A DNA stretch of 63,973 nt, counting the filler, from Olpidium bornovanus S191 (taxonomy: Eukaryota > Fungi > Olpidiomycota): assembly GCA_017911155.1 (NCBI GenBank). It is 23 parts of 23 records of this genome, joined end to end, with 100 filler letters (N's around TTAATTAATTAA, not from the genome) between each part and the next. Parts side by side here need not be neighbours in the genome. Positions count along the whole stretch, not along the records: positions 60,201 to 62,851 come from JAEFCI010011719.1; positions 62,952 to 63,973 come from JAEFCI010012073.1; 21 more parts are not named here. One strand, given 5' to 3'. Below are positions 61,105 through 63,973 of this stretch, in pieces. A program made the position numbers and the translations under genes. The stretch's first letter is position 1, and each line of letters opens with the position of its first letter. A model generated the notes under the pieces. It ran no database searches. It was not told the DNA's origin and saw only the letters and a program-made list of their open reading frames with translations.

Positions 61105-61325
61105 AAAAAAATTAATTACGGGACGAAAGCCCGGTCGGGAATTCCTCGCGTCTTTTCCTCTTCTTGTTTCCCTTTTTTGGACTGCTTTTCTTTTCCCGCT
61201 TCACCTCCCCCTCCGCCCGGTGTAAATCTTGGCCGTTGCGGCGATCCCCCTTTTTTTTGGTCCGCCAAAATCACAGTTAATCGCAGCGGGTTGGACGGGC
61301 CGGGGGTTGGGAGGGCGCGTGTCGA

Positions 61326-61370
<45 letters not shown>

Positions 61371-62105
61371 GGGGGGGGGGGGGGGGGGTGTCGACGGGTG
61401 GGGAATGGGACACGGACTTGGCGAAAAGGATCACTCCCACGCCCCCGACTGCGGCTTTTTCTCTTGAGGTTTGCGATCCGTCGCACCCGTGCGCAGGATA
61501 ACTAACCTGCGCCCCCCTTGACTATTGATTTTTTGAACCACATACACAGAACTGTGCACCACACTGAACTGTACTGTATGCCGTATGACGCAGATATTGT
61601 CAGCCCTCACTTCAACAGCCTTGTACATTCTCTGGTTTGCTATATTGAAATGCTCTACTGCGAAATATGAAGATGGCTGTAATTGGCTGCGATGGGGGTG
61701 TCGGAATACGAGGGGCTTATGGATGTCTGTAACGACCAGCGTAGGATTGTCTTTAACTCGCCCGTACGGACGCCCCGAAACCCCTTGTAGAACCTGTGTT
61801 TGACACGTGCTGATAAATCTATTTTGCGTCTGCTGTGTGTGACCGGGGGAGACCCGAAAGTGCGGCAAGCGCCTGCTTCCCGAAGAATGGTAATTAGGGC
61901 ATCGTTCCTCCAAATTTTGTTTTTCCTCCGCCCTCGCTCATCGCCCTCTCCTCATTGTCATTCTTCTTCGTTCCAGGGACGTCGTCCCCGATCGTCCTCC
62001 TCGGTACGTCATCCCTCAACCGTCGTAATTCGTCCGCATTGCGTCCGCCCTAGCCGCCTTTTTTTTCCGGACCAAACTAGGTATACCGCTTCCCCGCAAC
62101 GTTTT

Positions 62106-62600
62106 TTAGCCAGGGCAGGCGAAGCGCAAGCACTCGACCATGCGCAGCCTGTCTGCGACAAGCTTTTCTTGGGTAGACCCCGAAGACGACTGCGAGCCGG
62201 CGCCTAGGACGGCGGACTCGCGAGAGTATCTCTCTTTAAACCATTCATCGAAAGCCTTTCGCTGTTCCGGAGTCGGCACCGCGGGCATGGAGGAGAAACC
62301 GTCTCGAAGCCCACGCGAGTAGCACAGGGCGGGGAGCAAGGCGCAAAAAGACGCTATGGTCAGGTATTCACCATGGTCAGGGTCAAAGGCATGGAAGCTA
62401 AAAGACTGGGGCTTAAAGGGGCGTACACGCTTGGCTGGGCGCAAGGCGGAAGCTGCTTTTTCCCGTGGCGCCGCGGTTGAGGGCGCAAGCATAACGATGA
62501 CGCAGCGCCAGAGCAAGGAGGCGTTGGCGTGGGCATGCCTAAGCCGGCTTTCGGTCGCTTACCTTGACGCGACGATGTCCGCGTGAGGGGAAGGAACGCG
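62106..62600 (-). CDS. Possible exons of an unidentified protein
   Basis: A GTAAGC donor near 62560 and an AG acceptor before FHAFDPDHGEYLTIASF...AFDEWFKERY. No family recognised. Confidence 0.3.
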
Positions 62601-63003
62601 GAGGGAGCTTCGAGTCAAAGCTGGTCGACCGGTGGACGGGCGGGGACGCGGGTCTCGTCGGGTGGACGCGAAAATACCGCAGGAACCGACGCCACAAAAT
62701 CGAAGGGTCCAGAATTACTGGAGGCCTCGCGCATGCCAGACTCCTTGGACAGCACACCGGCGGGTGGACTTTTGGGACGAGCCGGGTACAGAGAAAACCA
62801 AGTTTTCAAGTTCTAGCCGTTTGGTGCAAATTACACCTCGCATTCCGTATTNNNNNNNNNNNNNNNNNNNNNNNNNNNNNNNNNNNNNNNNNNNNTTAAT
62901 TAATTAANNNNNNNNNNNNNNNNNNNNNNNNNNNNNNNNNNNNNNNNNNNNCGGGCGAGGGGGGGGGGGGGGGGGGGGGTGGGGTGTGGGGGGGGGGGGG
63001 GGG

Positions 63004-63036
<33 letters not shown>

Positions 63037-63098
63037 TCTTTTTTTTTCGGCCAGGGCGTGGTCGTGAGGATTGAGGGCGTGGGAGGTGCGCGGCGGCG

Positions 63099-63131
<33 letters not shown>

Positions 63132-63289
63132 GAAAATTTTTGTGCGGGGGGAAAAGGGTCCCTCTCCCCTCTCTCTAAACGCGACCGCCACATCTCGGTT
63201 GCGTGCGCATTCGAGCAACTTTACTTTCTCTGCTCTCTCTCTCTCTCTCTCAACTTTTTATCCCCCTGTCTGTCCCTCTCCTGCTTCTT

Positions 63290-63338
<49 letters not shown>

Positions 63339-63973
63339 TCTCTCCCTCTTTCCCCGTCTCTTTCTCCTCTCTCTCTCTCTCTCCTATCTCTGACCTTAAC
63401 CCGAAAGCTGCTCAAGGTAACGGGATGGTACCCCCCGCCCCCTTCATCAAGGCAAGTCGCGATGCCATCTCGCGAGACAAAGCGGGCGACGCGCCGTGAA
63501 CAGAATCTGGTGACTTCACGGCGTCGCATTCCGTCCTTTTGCGCGGGGAGCTTCCCACCGCAAAAGAAATTAAATAAAAGAGCAACCCCTTCAAGAGAAC
63601 CTCCCCCCCGCCTCCCCTTCATCAAAACAAGAGAACCCCCCTCACTCGCGAAATCTACATTATCTGACTTTTAAAATTAGGATATCCTGGGGACCCGCAA
63701 GACAAAAAAAAATGTGAAAAAAAACGACAAGTAAATGCCAAGATCGGAAAAGGGCGGGGGGGGGGGGGGGGGGGGGGGGGGGGATGGTACATATATGATA
63801 AAGTCGCTTTCCCTGGAGGAGACAGCTCCGGGTGTCGGCGACATTTTCCGCCCATGGCGGCATTCTTTGTACACGCGTCAGGAAAGAACGGGGACACGTT
63901 TTACGCTTCGTCCATCTCGTCCCATTCGTCTGTTTGCGGGAGGGGGGGGGGACCCAAAGACCGGGGAGGTGAG

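Noticed and set aside
61431-61913. 160-aa minus-strand ORF downstream of SAS10
   Set aside because: No recognisable motif in any frame; more likely a terminal exon or UTR of the neighbouring unidentified gene.

Overview
This window is not a continuous locus. It holds 23 short contigs (about 1-6 kb) joined by 22 identical 100-bp artificial linkers (44 N + TTAATTAATTAA + 44 N, stops in all six frames), so adjacency between contigs means nothing. The DNA is GC-rich, eukaryotic and fungal-like, with short GT-AG introns and long homopolymer and (GA)n runs. Recognisable, mostly partial genes: a divergent kinesin, a TIS11/ZFP36 tandem CCCH protein, an animal-type glutamate dehydrogenase, casein kinase 1, Dicer, UTP10, glycogenin, CCDC97, PTM1, PGM2, IQCA1/DRC11, RPS7, SEC20, GFA1 and SAS10. 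The axonemal gene DRC11 points to a flagellated (zoosporic) fungus. An Olpidium-like organism is my inference from sequence style and assembly format, not something the sequence proves. Two contigs look accessory. 12392-16836 carries a decayed TET/JBP-like dioxygenase, periodic repeats, a Ty3/gypsy integrase tail and a frameshifted WD40 relic. 19679-23891 carries a decayed coiled-coil/CCCH ORF next to an intronless secreted orphan protein. All family assignments come from recalled motifs; no database search was run. Exon boundaries are approximate unless stated.
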